64,000 nucleotides of DNA from an uncultured Actinomycetes bacterium (GTDB lineage: Bacteria; Actinomycetota; Actinomycetes; Streptosporangiales; Streptosporangiaceae): assembly GCA_963734725.1 (NCBI GenBank), contig CAVTIX010000027.1, forward strand, positions 14,967-78,966, in the 5' to 3' direction. Both the position numbers and the translations under genes were made by a program. Below are positions 29,380 through 38,572 of the stretch, piece after piece. Within the stretch, counting starts at the first letter, position 1, and each line of letters begins with the position of its first letter. The notes under the pieces are model-generated. The model worked only from the letters and a program-made list of their open reading frames with translations. It was not told the DNA's origin and ran no database searches.

Positions 29380-30237
29380 TCAGGGCGTGGCCAGTTCGGC
29401 GAACGCCGCCTGCACCCGCGGCCACCATGACGACAGCGGGTCGATGACCTCGAAGTGCCCGGCGCCGGGCAACTCGTCCAGTGCCACGTCGTCACCGGCC
29501 CCGCGGGCCCGGCCGAGGTAGTCGCGGCTCATGCTGGCGGGCACCCGGTCATCGGCGGAACCGTGCACCAGGCGCACCGGGCGGTCCAGTGGCAGGAGCA
29601 GCATCGGATCGGTGACGCGATAGCGTTCCGGATGCTGGGGAGGGCCGCCGCCGAGGAGGGCGTTAGCCGCGCCCTGGCCCAGCCCCAGGGCGTAACACGC
29701 GGACAGGTCACTCACCGCGGCGAGCGCGACCACCCCACGAAACCGCGGTCCCGGTGCACGCCACCCGGAACCGGGCGGCAGCCGGTGTCTGGCCGCCGCC
29801 CACAATGCCAGGTGCCCGCCCGCCGAATGCCCGGCGAGCAGCGCGGGCTCATCACTGACCCGGTCGGCGCCGGCGGCATCCTGGACGAGCGCCGGAAGTG
29901 CGTCGACGGCGGCCGCGACATCCTCGAAGGTGCCCGGCCAACCGCCGCCGTGCTGGCCGGTGCGCCGGAACTCCGGTACGCACACCGCGAAGCCCGCGGC
30001 CGCGAGTGCCGTCGCGAGCGGGCCGGTGTGCGTCCGGTCAAAGGCCACCCGCCAGAAACCGCCATGCAGGAAGACCACCAGAGGCGCCGGGCGCGCACCA
30101 GGAGGCGACGAACCAGCAGGCAGCACACTGGCCGGCCGCGGCGGCAGTCGCAGGTCCGCCACGTGCTCGGGCCCGGGTCCGTAGGAGAGCACCAGGTCTG
30201 GCGGCGGCGCCGGCCTGGACAGTACGTCAGACGCCAA
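29380..30237 (-). CDS. Alpha/beta hydrolase (esterase / arylformamidase-like)
   Basis: Oxyanion motif FLHGGFW, nucleophile elbow GHSAGGHLA, and C-terminal HGSADDRVP…GAGHFE. Confidence 0.8.
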   Translation of the reverse strand: MASDVLSRPAPPPDLVLSYGPGPEHVADLRLPPRPASVLPAGSSPPGARPAPLVVFLHGGFWRVAFDRTHTGPLATALAAAGFAVCVPEFRRTGQHGGGWPGTFEDVAAAVDALPALVQDAAGADRVSDEPALLAGHSAGGHLALWAAARHRLPPGSGWRAPGPRFRGVVALAAVSDLSACYALGLGQGAANALLGGGPPQHPERYRVTDPMLLLPLDRPVRLVHGSADDRVPASMSRDYLGRARGAGDDVALDELPGAGHFEVIDPLSSWWPRVQAAFAELATP

Positions 30238-30652
30238 CGGGCCTCCATGGGCATTGTCGAGGCGATCACGACACGGTCACGGCGACGCGACCATCGCGCG
30301 GTCATGATGACACGATCCCGGATGAACACGATCCCGGATGGACACGATCACTACCGGCATTCAGCCGATCACGGCCCAGCCCCTGCTCACATCAAGCGTG
30401 ATCACGATCGGCACGGTGGCAACTTCGGTCATCACGCCCGCGCGCTCACGGTCTTCACCAGAGGTACCAGCCCAGGTCATCCCATGTTTCTGGACATGAA
30501 TGTGCATTTTCACCATCGGGGAGGCAAACTGAGAGGTGGGGCTCAAGGGGGGATCTGAGGTGTCGAGTTACAGTGGCTGGGAATGCTTAGCGCGTTGACG
30601 TGCGGGCAAGGCAGCTGCGAATGTCCCTGACGATGGTGACGAGAGCGCGACG

Positions 30653-31924
30653 ATGACCAAGCGACTGGCTATGACTCCAGCGGTTGGCCTGTTTGCCGGG
30701 CTTTCCGTGGTCTCCTATAGCGCGGTGAGCATGATGCTTACCGGTGTGCACGCGAGTCGCCAGGACACCACAAACGCCTGTACGACCTCGGCTGCCAACA
30801 GTCCCGCGCCCAAGACCACCGCCGCCGGGACGCTGCCCAGAACCCGCGCCGCCAGCCATGCCAACGGCCGGGCCCAGCGCCCCGCGGGCATGCCCGTGCT
30901 CTTGGCGGACGCGGTGCGCCTTGCGTCGGCCAGCACTACGGCGCCATCGCCAAGCACCCGGCCGAGCCCGAGCGCAAGCACGGCGGTCCAGCCGCAGCCG
31001 AGCCCGGGCTCGTCCGCCGCACCCAGCACCGCGCTGCCGGAACCGGCGCCGGCGCAGAGCACCAGCCCGAATCACATCACCCCGGGCGGGACGCTCAAGT
31101 CACCGATCGCGACCCCGACCGCGACGCCGACGCCGACGCCGACGCCCACGCCGACACCAACACCGACGCCAACGCCGACGCCAACCCCGACGAGGCCGCC
31201 GCCCGGGACCCTGTGCCTGAAGATCCAGACCCTCAGCAACGTCAGCTCCGTGGATCCGCACACCACCGTCAGGTTTGCCATCTGGGTCTGGCTCAGCAGC
31301 GGCACCAACGGCACCGCCAAGATCAGGCTGTCGGCGTCGCCGAGCAGCGTGTCACCGACCTTCTCGGTCTGTGTGCCGTCGGGGAGGTCCGACTGCAAGG
31401 TCGGCGGACTCAACAGCGGACAGCATGTCGAGGTGCAGGCCAAACTCAAGGCGCCCGACCGTAGTCATCGCCACGTCACACTGACCGCGACGGCAACCTC
31501 GGCGGAGGCGTCGAACTCGGCGTCGGCCTCGGCCACCGTGGACATCAAGCGGAAGTCCTCCGGCGGCTCATCGTCATCGACGCAGAACGCCGGCGACGGC
31601 CAGACGATCGGGACGATCCCCGCGACTAACCTGCCCACCGGCACCGTCCCGGGCCTGGGAATCCAACCGACCGGCAACCTTGGCTCGGCGTTCCCGCAAG
31701 TATCCCCGTCACCGTCGGTCACCTCCGGGACCGGGGCGGCAAGCCACGGACCCTCGACCAAGGCGATCAACCTTTCCGCTGGCCTGCCACTCGACGTGCG
31801 CCTCATCGGCGGGCAGGTCATCGGCCTGGCCGTGCTGGCCGCCGCCGTCACGATCGCCGTCGCCCGGCTGTCCCTGCGCAGGCAGCCGCAGCCACCAGGT
31901 GAGGACGGCCCGGGCGGTTCCTGA
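30653..31924 (+). CDS. Hypothetical membrane-anchored Pro/Thr/Ser-rich protein
   Basis: 423-aa ORF with an N-terminal hydrophobic segment and a long low-complexity region that includes a (TP)n run. A folded-looking middle part (LCLKIQTLSNVSSVDPHTTVRFAIWVW…) is followed by a C-terminal TM helix (VIGLAVLAAAVTIAVARL). Confidence 0.6.
   Translation: MTKRLAMTPAVGLFAGLSVVSYSAVSMMLTGVHASRQDTTNACTTSAANSPAPKTTAAGTLPRTRAASHANGRAQRPAGMPVLLADAVRLASASTTAPSPSTRPSPSASTAVQPQPSPGSSAAPSTALPEPAPAQSTSPNHITPGGTLKSPIATPTATPTPTPTPTPTPTPTPTPTPTPTRPPPGTLCLKIQTLSNVSSVDPHTTVRFAIWVWLSSGTNGTAKIRLSASPSSVSPTFSVCVPSGRSDCKVGGLNSGQHVEVQAKLKAPDRSHRHVTLTATATSAEASNSASASATVDIKRKSSGGSSSSTQNAGDGQTIGTIPATNLPTGTVPGLGIQPTGNLGSAFPQVSPSPSVTSGTGAASHGPSTKAINLSAGLPLDVRLIGGQVIGLAVLAAAVTIAVARLSLRRQPQPPGEDGPGGS
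31111..31192 (+). repeat. Hexanucleotide (ACNCCN)n microsatellite encoding (Thr-Pro)n
   Basis: gaccccgaccgcgacgccgacgccgacgcc… has about 13 units and translates to TPTATPTPTPTPTPTPTPTPTPTPTPT. Confidence 0.9.
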
Positions 31925-31994
31925 CGACGCGCTACGCCCGGCCACGTGACACGAAAAAGTGCCGCACGTGCCGAACGGCGCCCGGCGCAGGCAA

Positions 31995-34076
31995 TTACTT
32001 CGCGGGCAGTTCGACCGAGGGTCGGATCGACCGCATCTGCGCGGCAAGCTGGGCCAGGTCCATGGTGGGCGAGGTCAGCACGCCGAACGTGTCGCCGTCC
32101 GCCCACGTGCACAGGGCCACGCCGCCCGCCGCGCTCCCCTGGGCGTTCACGCACGCAGCCTGCCCGCCCAGCGGCCCGGCCGTAGTGGCCTGCGCACCCT
32201 TGAACTGAGCGGTGAAGCTCGTGATGAATCCGGCGGGCGAGACCCCGGCTAGATTCCCGCCGATGAACAGGAAGATCTGCGGCTGCGCGGCCCCGGAGAC
32301 TCCAGCCTTGTTCTCGTAGACGGCGGAAACCACATGGCTGGCCTGCCCGGCGCTCTTGGCGATGACCTGCTGCTGGAGCGACTTGGCGTTCATCTGCTGC
32401 TCCAGTTGCGGCCTGCGCACGTACGAGCCGAGTTGCGACGGTACTGCCAGTTCGTGAGACCTGCCGCTGCTGCGTGGGATGAGCTTGAGCTTTACCGCGG
32501 CTGCGGCGCCCGCCCCGAGGACCACGATCAGCCCGACGGCCAGCAGGATGAACCGTACCCGGCGCTTCCTGCCTCGCCCGGCCCGCGAACGATGGCCACC
32601 CAGTTCGTCGGCGTCGGCCGGTTCCTCGCTGACCGGCCGGTCCTGAACCTTCCGCCGCCGCGACCTGCCCGCGCCGGCCCCATCCTCCTCCAGCCCGAAC
32701 TCCCGTGGCGGTGCCGCCGGGCCAGGCGCGCCAGGTCGTCCGCGACTGCCTTCCCGGGCCCGATCCGGCGCCTGCTCTTCTGGCGCCCGCACCGGCAGCA
32801 CGCGCCCGCCGTCCGGGCCGCGCCGGGAACCGGGTCCGCTGTCCCCTGGGCGGGCGCGACGATCCGGCACCGGCGAACGCAACGCATCCGCGCCCTGGCC
32901 CGCGGCCCTGCGGCCACGGCCAGTCGCCGGCCGGTCGTCTCCGGGCGCCCAGGGAGCGCTCGGCGCGGCAGGGCGCCCGGCCGCGCGGGAACCGGGTTCC
33001 GCGCCGGGCCGCGACGGCCGGATGGCGGTGTCCGGCCCGGCGCGCATCTCTGCCGGGTGTTCCGGCCAGGGCCTCGGCCCGAACTTGGGATCGGCGCGCG
33101 GGCCAACCCGGCCCTCCTGCCCAGGGCCTGAGCCGGGCCAGGTGCCGCTTTCGCGCCCGAACCCCGGTCCGGACCGGGCGCCGGGCCCAGGGCCGAGGCC
33201 TGTATCGGCGTGGCGGGCCCGGCGGGCGCCGCTGGCGGGGTCGTCAAGCGCAGGGGCGAGCGGGGCGGAGAGCGGAGCGGAAGGCGCGGGACCGTCGGTC
33301 GGCGCGCGCCGACGGCCCGGGTCAGACGCCGTGCGCCGGCCGACCCCGCGACCAGGATCAGCCCCGCGACCAGGATCCGTCTCAGGACCGTGATCAGCAT
33401 GGGACCCGTGGCGCGGGTCCGCGCCGGGGTCGCGGCGCACGTCTGCGCCTGCGGCACCGAAGGAGCCCGCCCCGTCGCGGTACGGGTCCGCGCCCCGGCT
33501 GCGGCCTGGAATGGGCCGACCGGTCACTCGCAAGTCCAGGCTCGTCTCGTCGGCGAGACCGCCGCGCTGGACCGGCGCGCGGTTCGGCCGCGGGTGACCG
33601 TTCCAGCCCGGGTCGCCGCCCGGAACCGGGTCACGGGCCGGACCCGGGTCATGACCGAGGCGCGGGTCACCGTACCGGCCCGGATCGGCGGGGTGACGAT
33701 CCAGCCGCGGACCACGGTCCAGTTGCGCATCCCCGGCCAGCCGCGGATCACCGGCGAGCCGCGGATCACCAGCCAGGCGCGGATCACCGGCCAGGCGCGG
33801 GTCACCGCGGTCCGGGCCATCCGCGCGGCCCGGTTCCATCGAACGGCCCTCTACCGGACGCTGCCCCTCAGGATGCTGATCTGCGGGCCGCCGGCTTACG
33901 GCACGGTGCCGCCCGTTCGGAGTCCCATTCCGGCGGCTGTCACGGCCGTAGTCGCGATCGGGGCCCCACCCAGGGTCGTGACCGGGAGCACTGTCTGAGC
34001 CGAGGTCGGGGTCACGAGCGGTGACGGACCCACGCCAGCGAGGGTCCCTGGAAGGCTCCGAACCGCTGTCGCTCAT
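31995..34076 (-). CDS. Hypothetical single-pass membrane protein with a ~480-aa Pro/Arg/Gly/Asp-rich N-terminal region
   Basis: 693-aa ORF with the tandem motif GDPRLA x4, a TM helix RFILLAVGLIVVLGAGAAAAV, and a C-terminal ~170-aa globular-looking extracytoplasmic domain. Confidence 0.55.
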   Translation of the reverse strand: MSDSGSEPSRDPRWRGSVTARDPDLGSDSAPGHDPGWGPDRDYGRDSRRNGTPNGRHRAVSRRPADQHPEGQRPVEGRSMEPGRADGPDRGDPRLAGDPRLAGDPRLAGDPRLAGDAQLDRGPRLDRHPADPGRYGDPRLGHDPGPARDPVPGGDPGWNGHPRPNRAPVQRGGLADETSLDLRVTGRPIPGRSRGADPYRDGAGSFGAAGADVRRDPGADPRHGSHADHGPETDPGRGADPGRGVGRRTASDPGRRRAPTDGPAPSAPLSAPLAPALDDPASGARRARHADTGLGPGPGARSGPGFGRESGTWPGSGPGQEGRVGPRADPKFGPRPWPEHPAEMRAGPDTAIRPSRPGAEPGSRAAGRPAAPSAPWAPGDDRPATGRGRRAAGQGADALRSPVPDRRARPGDSGPGSRRGPDGGRVLPVRAPEEQAPDRAREGSRGRPGAPGPAAPPREFGLEEDGAGAGRSRRRKVQDRPVSEEPADADELGGHRSRAGRGRKRRVRFILLAVGLIVVLGAGAAAAVKLKLIPRSSGRSHELAVPSQLGSYVRRPQLEQQMNAKSLQQQVIAKSAGQASHVVSAVYENKAGVSGAAQPQIFLFIGGNLAGVSPAGFITSFTAQFKGAQATTAGPLGGQAACVNAQGSAAGGVALCTWADGDTFGVLTSPTMDLAQLAAQMRSIRPSVELPAK

Positions 34077-34464
34077 GCTGCCCTCACACCCCCCTCGCCC
34101 GCCGCCGTTACCGTCCCGAAATCACTCCATCATGAAGCACCAGCGCAGGCCCCGCTGCCTGTTCGGCGAGGCCGATCCCACTGGTTTACCTTCAGGAGCC
34201 GGCCTGTCCCGTCCGTACCAGCTACGGCGACCGGCCGCGCGCAGGGGTTCCCGGAGCGTGAGCCCAGATGAGAGGCGGTGGCGGCGTCCGCGACCGCCAC
34301 CCATCGACGGGCGAGCGCACCGTCCGCCCCCAGCCGCCCGAGCCCGCGCGGCCACCACTCGCTACCGGCTCCCCAAGACGGGCCACCGCACCGTCCGCCT
34401 CAGGCGCCGAGCCCGCGCGGCCACCGCTCGCGGGCGACTTAACCCGCCCCGACCGTCGGGGTCG

Positions 34465-34493
34465 TTTGTGATGGTTGCTGCAACCATCACAAA
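34465..34493. promoter_or_regulatory. Perfect 29-nt palindrome, candidate GntR/FadR-type operator
   Basis: TTTGTGATGGTTGC-T-GCAACCATCACAAA (14-bp arms). It has a TGGT…ACCA core typical of FadR-subfamily sites. A degenerate second copy lies at about 34497-34521, 48 nt from the stop of the GntR gene. Confidence 0.5.
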
Positions 34494-34541
34494 GAATGTG
34501 ATGACAGCGCCAACCATGACAATTGGGCTGGTCCAGGACGG

Positions 34542-35185
34542 TCAGGCGGGGCGGTGGTAGGCGTTGCGGGTGCGCTCGACGTGGCTGCGGGCAACCTTCG
34601 CCGCCTGCTCGCCGTCACCGGACTCAACCGCTTCGACCATGGCCAGGTGCTCGGCACACGACTCGTGCTCGCGCAGCGGGGCCACCAGGCGGTAGTACCA
34701 GCGCGCCCGGCGGCCGACGATCGCGCTCAGCTCGGCCAGGACCGCGTTGCCCGCGATCTCCGCGAGCGCGGCGTGGAAGTCGCTGTTCAGCGCGACGAAG
34801 CTTTCGGAGTCGCCCGAGGCCACTGCGGCCTCACCGTCGCGGCAGATGGCCCGCAGCCGCGCTACCTGCTCCGCGGTCACCGCCCGCGACGCCAGCCGGG
34901 CAGTCTCAACCTCCAGCAACTCCCGGACATCGAGGATCTGGTCCACTTCCTTGTCGGTGGGCACGTGCACGAAAGCGCCCTGGTTGGGGCGGAGGTCAAC
35001 CCACCCCTCCGCCTCCAGCCGGTGCAGTGCCTCGCGCAGGGCTGGCGGCTCACCCCGAGTTGGCGCGCCAGCTCTGTCTCCACCAGGTGCTGCCCGGGCG
35101 TGAGCCGACCCGCGATCACCAGCTCCACCAGCGCCTCGTAGGCCGACTGCCGCAACGGCACCGGCCGCTCCACCGGGCGGATCAT
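34542..35185 (-). pseudogene. GntR-family (FadR/FCD subfamily) regulator, frame change near 35035-35050
   Basis: GAAGGAAGG lies upstream of the ATG at 35185. The wHTH part MIRPVERPVPLRQSAYEALVELVIAGRLTPGQHLVETELARQLGVSR is in ORF 34877..35227. The continuation PALREALHRLEAEGWVDLRPNQGAFV plus the FCD domain is in ORF 34542..35207. One extra C in cgccagcc would restore GVSRPALREAL. Confidence 0.7.
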
Positions 35186-35616
35186 CGGCCTTCCTTCGCG
35201 ACTGCATCCCGCGATCTCACGTGCCACCCCCCACCGCCGAGACCCCGGGCACCTGGGTTGTATCCAAAATACTCCCCCCGCTACTGGCTTTCGTGGCGCC
35301 GAGGTTTGGCCCCGGGGCGAGAGCGACGGCCGGGACGAGGCGGGCAGGAGCCAGGAGCGGCGGCCGGGACGAGGCGGGCGGGAGCCAGGAGCGGCGGCGG
35401 CCGGGACGAAGCGGCATGGCAGACGTAACGGCCAGGCGAGTTTGCCACGGGCAGGGCTCAGCGGCGCCTGTCCGTGGGTGACAGGAGGTGGCCCTGGCGC
35501 GGAGTTCTGTCCGCGTCAGGGCCACCTTCTGGCGCCCCTCCACGATGGGACGGCCTGCGAAGACCTTAGGCACCCCGGTCTTGGCGTATGACGCAGGGAT
35601 GCAAGACGATAGCGGG

Positions 35617-36702
35617 ATGACAAACAGCGTGCGGGGCGTGATCGCCCGGGCAAAGGGAGAACCGGTCGAGGGCACCACGGTGCTGGTGCCCGATCCTGGG
35701 CCGGGCGAGGCGCGGGTCCGGGTGCAGGCGTGCGGGGTCTGCCATACCGACCTGCACTACCGCGAGGGCGGCATCGGGGAGGACTTCCCGTACCTGCTGG
35801 GGCATGAGGCGGCGGGCGTGGTCGAGGCCGTCGGCGATGGGGTGACCGGCGTCGCTCCCGGCGACTTCGTCATCCTCAACTGGCGCGCGGTGTGCGGCCA
35901 GTGCCGCGCGTGCAAGCGGGGCCGGCCGTGGTACTGCTTCGCCACGCACAACGCCGGGCAGAAGATGACCCTCGAAGATGGCACGCCGCTGTCGCCGGCG
36001 CTGGGCATCGGCGCCTTCGTCGAGCAGACCCTCGTCGCCGCGGGCCAGTGCACCAAGGTCAACCCGGCGGTCCCGCCGGAGGTTGCGGGCCTGCTGGGCT
36101 GCGGCGTGATGGCCGGACTCGGCGCGGCGATCAACACCGGCGCGGTGACGCGGGGTGACTCGGTCGCCGTCATCGGCTGCGGCGGCGTGGGCGACGCGGC
36201 GGTGCTCGGTGCGTACCTGGCCGGCGCGCATACGATCATCGCGGTCAACGTGGACCCGCGGAAGCTGGAGTGGGCGCGCCAGTTCGGCGCCACCCATGTG
36301 ATCAACTCGCGCGAGGCCGACCCGGTGGCCGAGATCCAGGCGCTGACCGGGGGCAACGGGGCCGACGTCGTCATCGAGGCGGTGGGGCGGCCGGAGACCT
36401 ATCGGCAGGCGTTCTACGCCAGGGACCTGGCGGGCACGCTGGTCCAGGTCGGCGTGCCCACCCCGGACATGCGGATCGAGCTGCCGCTGCTGGACCTGTT
36501 CGGCCGCGGCGGCGCGCTCAAGTCCTCCTGGTACGGCGACTGCCTGCCAGAACGCGACTTCCCCATGCTCACCGGCCTCTACCTGCAGGGGCGGCTGCCA
36601 CTGGAGAAGTTCGTCTCGGAGACGATCGCGCTGGACGGCATCGAGGACGCCTTCGCCAAGATGGAGCGCGGCGACGTGCTCCGCTCGGTGGTGAAGTTCT
36701 GA
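35617..36702 (+). CDS. Class III zinc alcohol dehydrogenase, S-(hydroxymethyl)mycothiol (formaldehyde) dehydrogenase-like
   Basis: [18 protein letters not shown]…[11 protein letters not shown]…[14 protein letters not shown]…[15 protein letters not shown]…[11 protein letters not shown]. An ATG at 35599 is an alternative start. Confidence 0.85.
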   Translation: MTNSVRGVIARAKGEPVEGTTVLVPDPGPGEARVRVQACGVCHTDLHYREGGIGEDFPYLLGHEAAGVVEAVGDGVTGVAPGDFVILNWRAVCGQCRACKRGRPWYCFATHNAGQKMTLEDGTPLSPALGIGAFVEQTLVAAGQCTKVNPAVPPEVAGLLGCGVMAGLGAAINTGAVTRGDSVAVIGCGGVGDAAVLGAYLAGAHTIIAVNVDPRKLEWARQFGATHVINSREADPVAEIQALTGGNGADVVIEAVGRPETYRQAFYARDLAGTLVQVGVPTPDMRIELPLLDLFGRGGALKSSWYGDCLPERDFPMLTGLYLQGRLPLEKFVSETIALDGIEDAFAKMERGDVLRSVVKF

Positions 36703-36725
36703 CGCAGCACCCCATCCGGATCGCC

Positions 36726-37430
36726 ATGTGGTCCGGCCCGCGCACGGTCTCCACCGCGCTCATGCGGTCGTTCGGCAACCGGCCCGACACCGTCGTGGCA
36801 GACGAGCCGCTGTACGCGTTCTACCTGGCCAGGACCGGTATCAGCCATCCCGGCCGTGACGAGATCCTGGCCAGCATGCCGGACGACTGGCGTGCGGTGC
36901 TCGACCACCTCACGACGGCGCCGCTCCCTGCGGGCAAGAGCGTGTTCTACGGCAAGCACATGACGCACCACCTGCTGCCCGAGGTGGATCGGGCGGCGCT
37001 CGCCCCGCTGCGGCACGCCTACCTGATCCGGGATCCGGCCGAGTTGCTCGCCTCGTACGCAAAGGTGCGGTCGGCGCCGACCCTGGAGGATCTGGGGATC
37101 GTGCAGCAGGCCGAGATCTTCGACGCCTACCCCGGCCCCGTGGTCGACTCCCGTGACCTGCTGGCGGACCCAGAGAGGATGCTGCGCGCGCTCTGCGCAG
37201 CGCTGTCCATCCCGTTCACCACGGCGATGCTGTCGTGGCCTGCCGGGCCACGGGACTCTGACGGCGTGTGGGGCCCGTACTGGTATGACAGCGTGTGGCG
37301 GTCCACGGGCTTCGGCCCCTACCGGCCGCCACGGGCGCCGCTGCCTGCCCGGCTGGCCGGCCTGGCCGGGCGCTGCCGCCCCTACTACGAGCGCCTGCGC
37401 GCCCGCCGGCTCACGGCTACCGGGCACTGA
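36726..37430 (+). CDS. Sulfotransferase-like P-loop protein (family found fused to class IV aminotransferase-like domains in plants)
   Basis: (IA)MWSGPRTVSTALMRSFGNRPDTVVADEPLYAFYL… The start is uncertain: the ATG at 36726 is the first canonical start after the upstream stop at 36700-36702. Confidence 0.6.
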   Translation: MWSGPRTVSTALMRSFGNRPDTVVADEPLYAFYLARTGISHPGRDEILASMPDDWRAVLDHLTTAPLPAGKSVFYGKHMTHHLLPEVDRAALAPLRHAYLIRDPAELLASYAKVRSAPTLEDLGIVQQAEIFDAYPGPVVDSRDLLADPERMLRALCAALSIPFTTAMLSWPAGPRDSDGVWGPYWYDSVWRSTGFGPYRPPRAPLPARLAGLAGRCRPYYERLRARRLTATGH

Positions 37431-37644
37431 TCCTCGTGAGACGCCCCGCGGTCAGCAATGGGCAGTGTGACGCCGCAGCCGCCGGGCCGAACGCCGCATC
37501 GCTCCGCGCTGCGGCTAGCCGGCGGCGAGACTCTGCTCCCCCGGGGCAAGCCCGGGGGCCCGTGCCTCCCGAAGCCAGCACGCTGCTGTCCGGCGCGCCT
37601 CCGGCACGACGCCCCGCGAGGGGAGCATTGACAAAGGAGGAATC

Positions 37645-38544
37645 GTGCTCCAGGCCTTCGACGAGCGCAATCTCGACGTCATCGTGAGCGTGGGCGGACG
37701 CCTTACCCACCGAAGAGAGGCAGCGGTCAGCCCGTTCGACTCCGCCGTGCAGGGCGGGGACGCGGTCTGGGAAGGCCTGCGCCTGTACCAGGGGCGGCTC
37801 TTCCGGCTGGCCGAGCACCTGGCCCGGCTGCGGCGCTCGGCCAGGGCGCTCGCGTTCGAATCGGTGCCATCCGACGAGGAGATCACCGAGCAGGTCCGGC
37901 AGACCCTGGCGGCGAACGGGATGACCGACAACGTGCACATCAGGCTCACGCTCACCCGGGGCGAGAAGATCACCAGCGGAATGGATCCCCGGCTGAACCG
38001 CAGCGGCCCCACGCTGATCGTGCTGGCCGAACACAAGCCCCCGGTCTACGACCTGTCCGGCATCAGGCTGATCACCTCCAGCGTGCGCAGGCCGCCGCCG
38101 GACTGCCTGGACCCGAAGATCCACCACAACAACCTGCTGCCCTCGATCCTGGCGAAAATCGAGGCGAACGCAGCGGGCGCCGACGACGCGGTGATGCTCG
38201 ACTACCGGGGGTTCGTCGCGGAAACCAACGCGACCCACCTCTTCCTGGTCACCGCCGGGCGGCTGGCCACACCGGCGGCGCTGGCCTGCCCGGAAGGGAT
38301 CACCCGGGCCGCGGTGCTCGACCTCGCCGCCCAGGCCGGCCTGCCCTGTCAGGCTGGCGACCTCAGCATGGCCGACTTCTACAACGCCGACGAGGTGTTC
38401 GTCACCGGGACCATGGGCGGCCTGGCGCCGGTCATCGAGATCGACGGCCGGGTGATCGGCGACGGCAAGCCCGGGCCGGTGACCGGCCAGCTGATGGACC
38501 TGTTCGCGGACCTCACCGCCCGGACCGGCACGCGTCTGGTGTGA
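37645..38544 (+). CDS. Class IV (branched-chain/D-amino acid) aminotransferase family protein
   Basis: Intact 299-aa ORF. It has the fold-type IV pattern …VWEGLRLYQGRLFRLAEHLARL…, the lysine context in HHNNLLPSILAKIEA, and the C-terminal EVFVTGTMGGLAPVIEIDGR. Confidence 0.8.
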   Translation: MLQAFDERNLDVIVSVGGRLTHRREAAVSPFDSAVQGGDAVWEGLRLYQGRLFRLAEHLARLRRSARALAFESVPSDEEITEQVRQTLAANGMTDNVHIRLTLTRGEKITSGMDPRLNRSGPTLIVLAEHKPPVYDLSGIRLITSSVRRPPPDCLDPKIHHNNLLPSILAKIEANAAGADDAVMLDYRGFVAETNATHLFLVTAGRLATPAALACPEGITRAAVLDLAAQAGLPCQAGDLSMADFYNADEVFVTGTMGGLAPVIEIDGRVIGDGKPGPVTGQLMDLFADLTARTGTRLV

Positions 38545-38572
38545 CGCCGTAGCCGCAAGGCACACTGGGTCC

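Noticed and set aside
30361-30546. 61-aa minus-strand ORF (MSPTSQFASPMVKMHIHVQKHGMTWAG…) in the esterase/membrane-protein intergenic region
   Set aside because: There is no ribosome-binding site at either candidate ATG. Third-position G+C is only about 65% by hand count, versus about 90% or more in confident genes here. It is more likely promoter or leader DNA.
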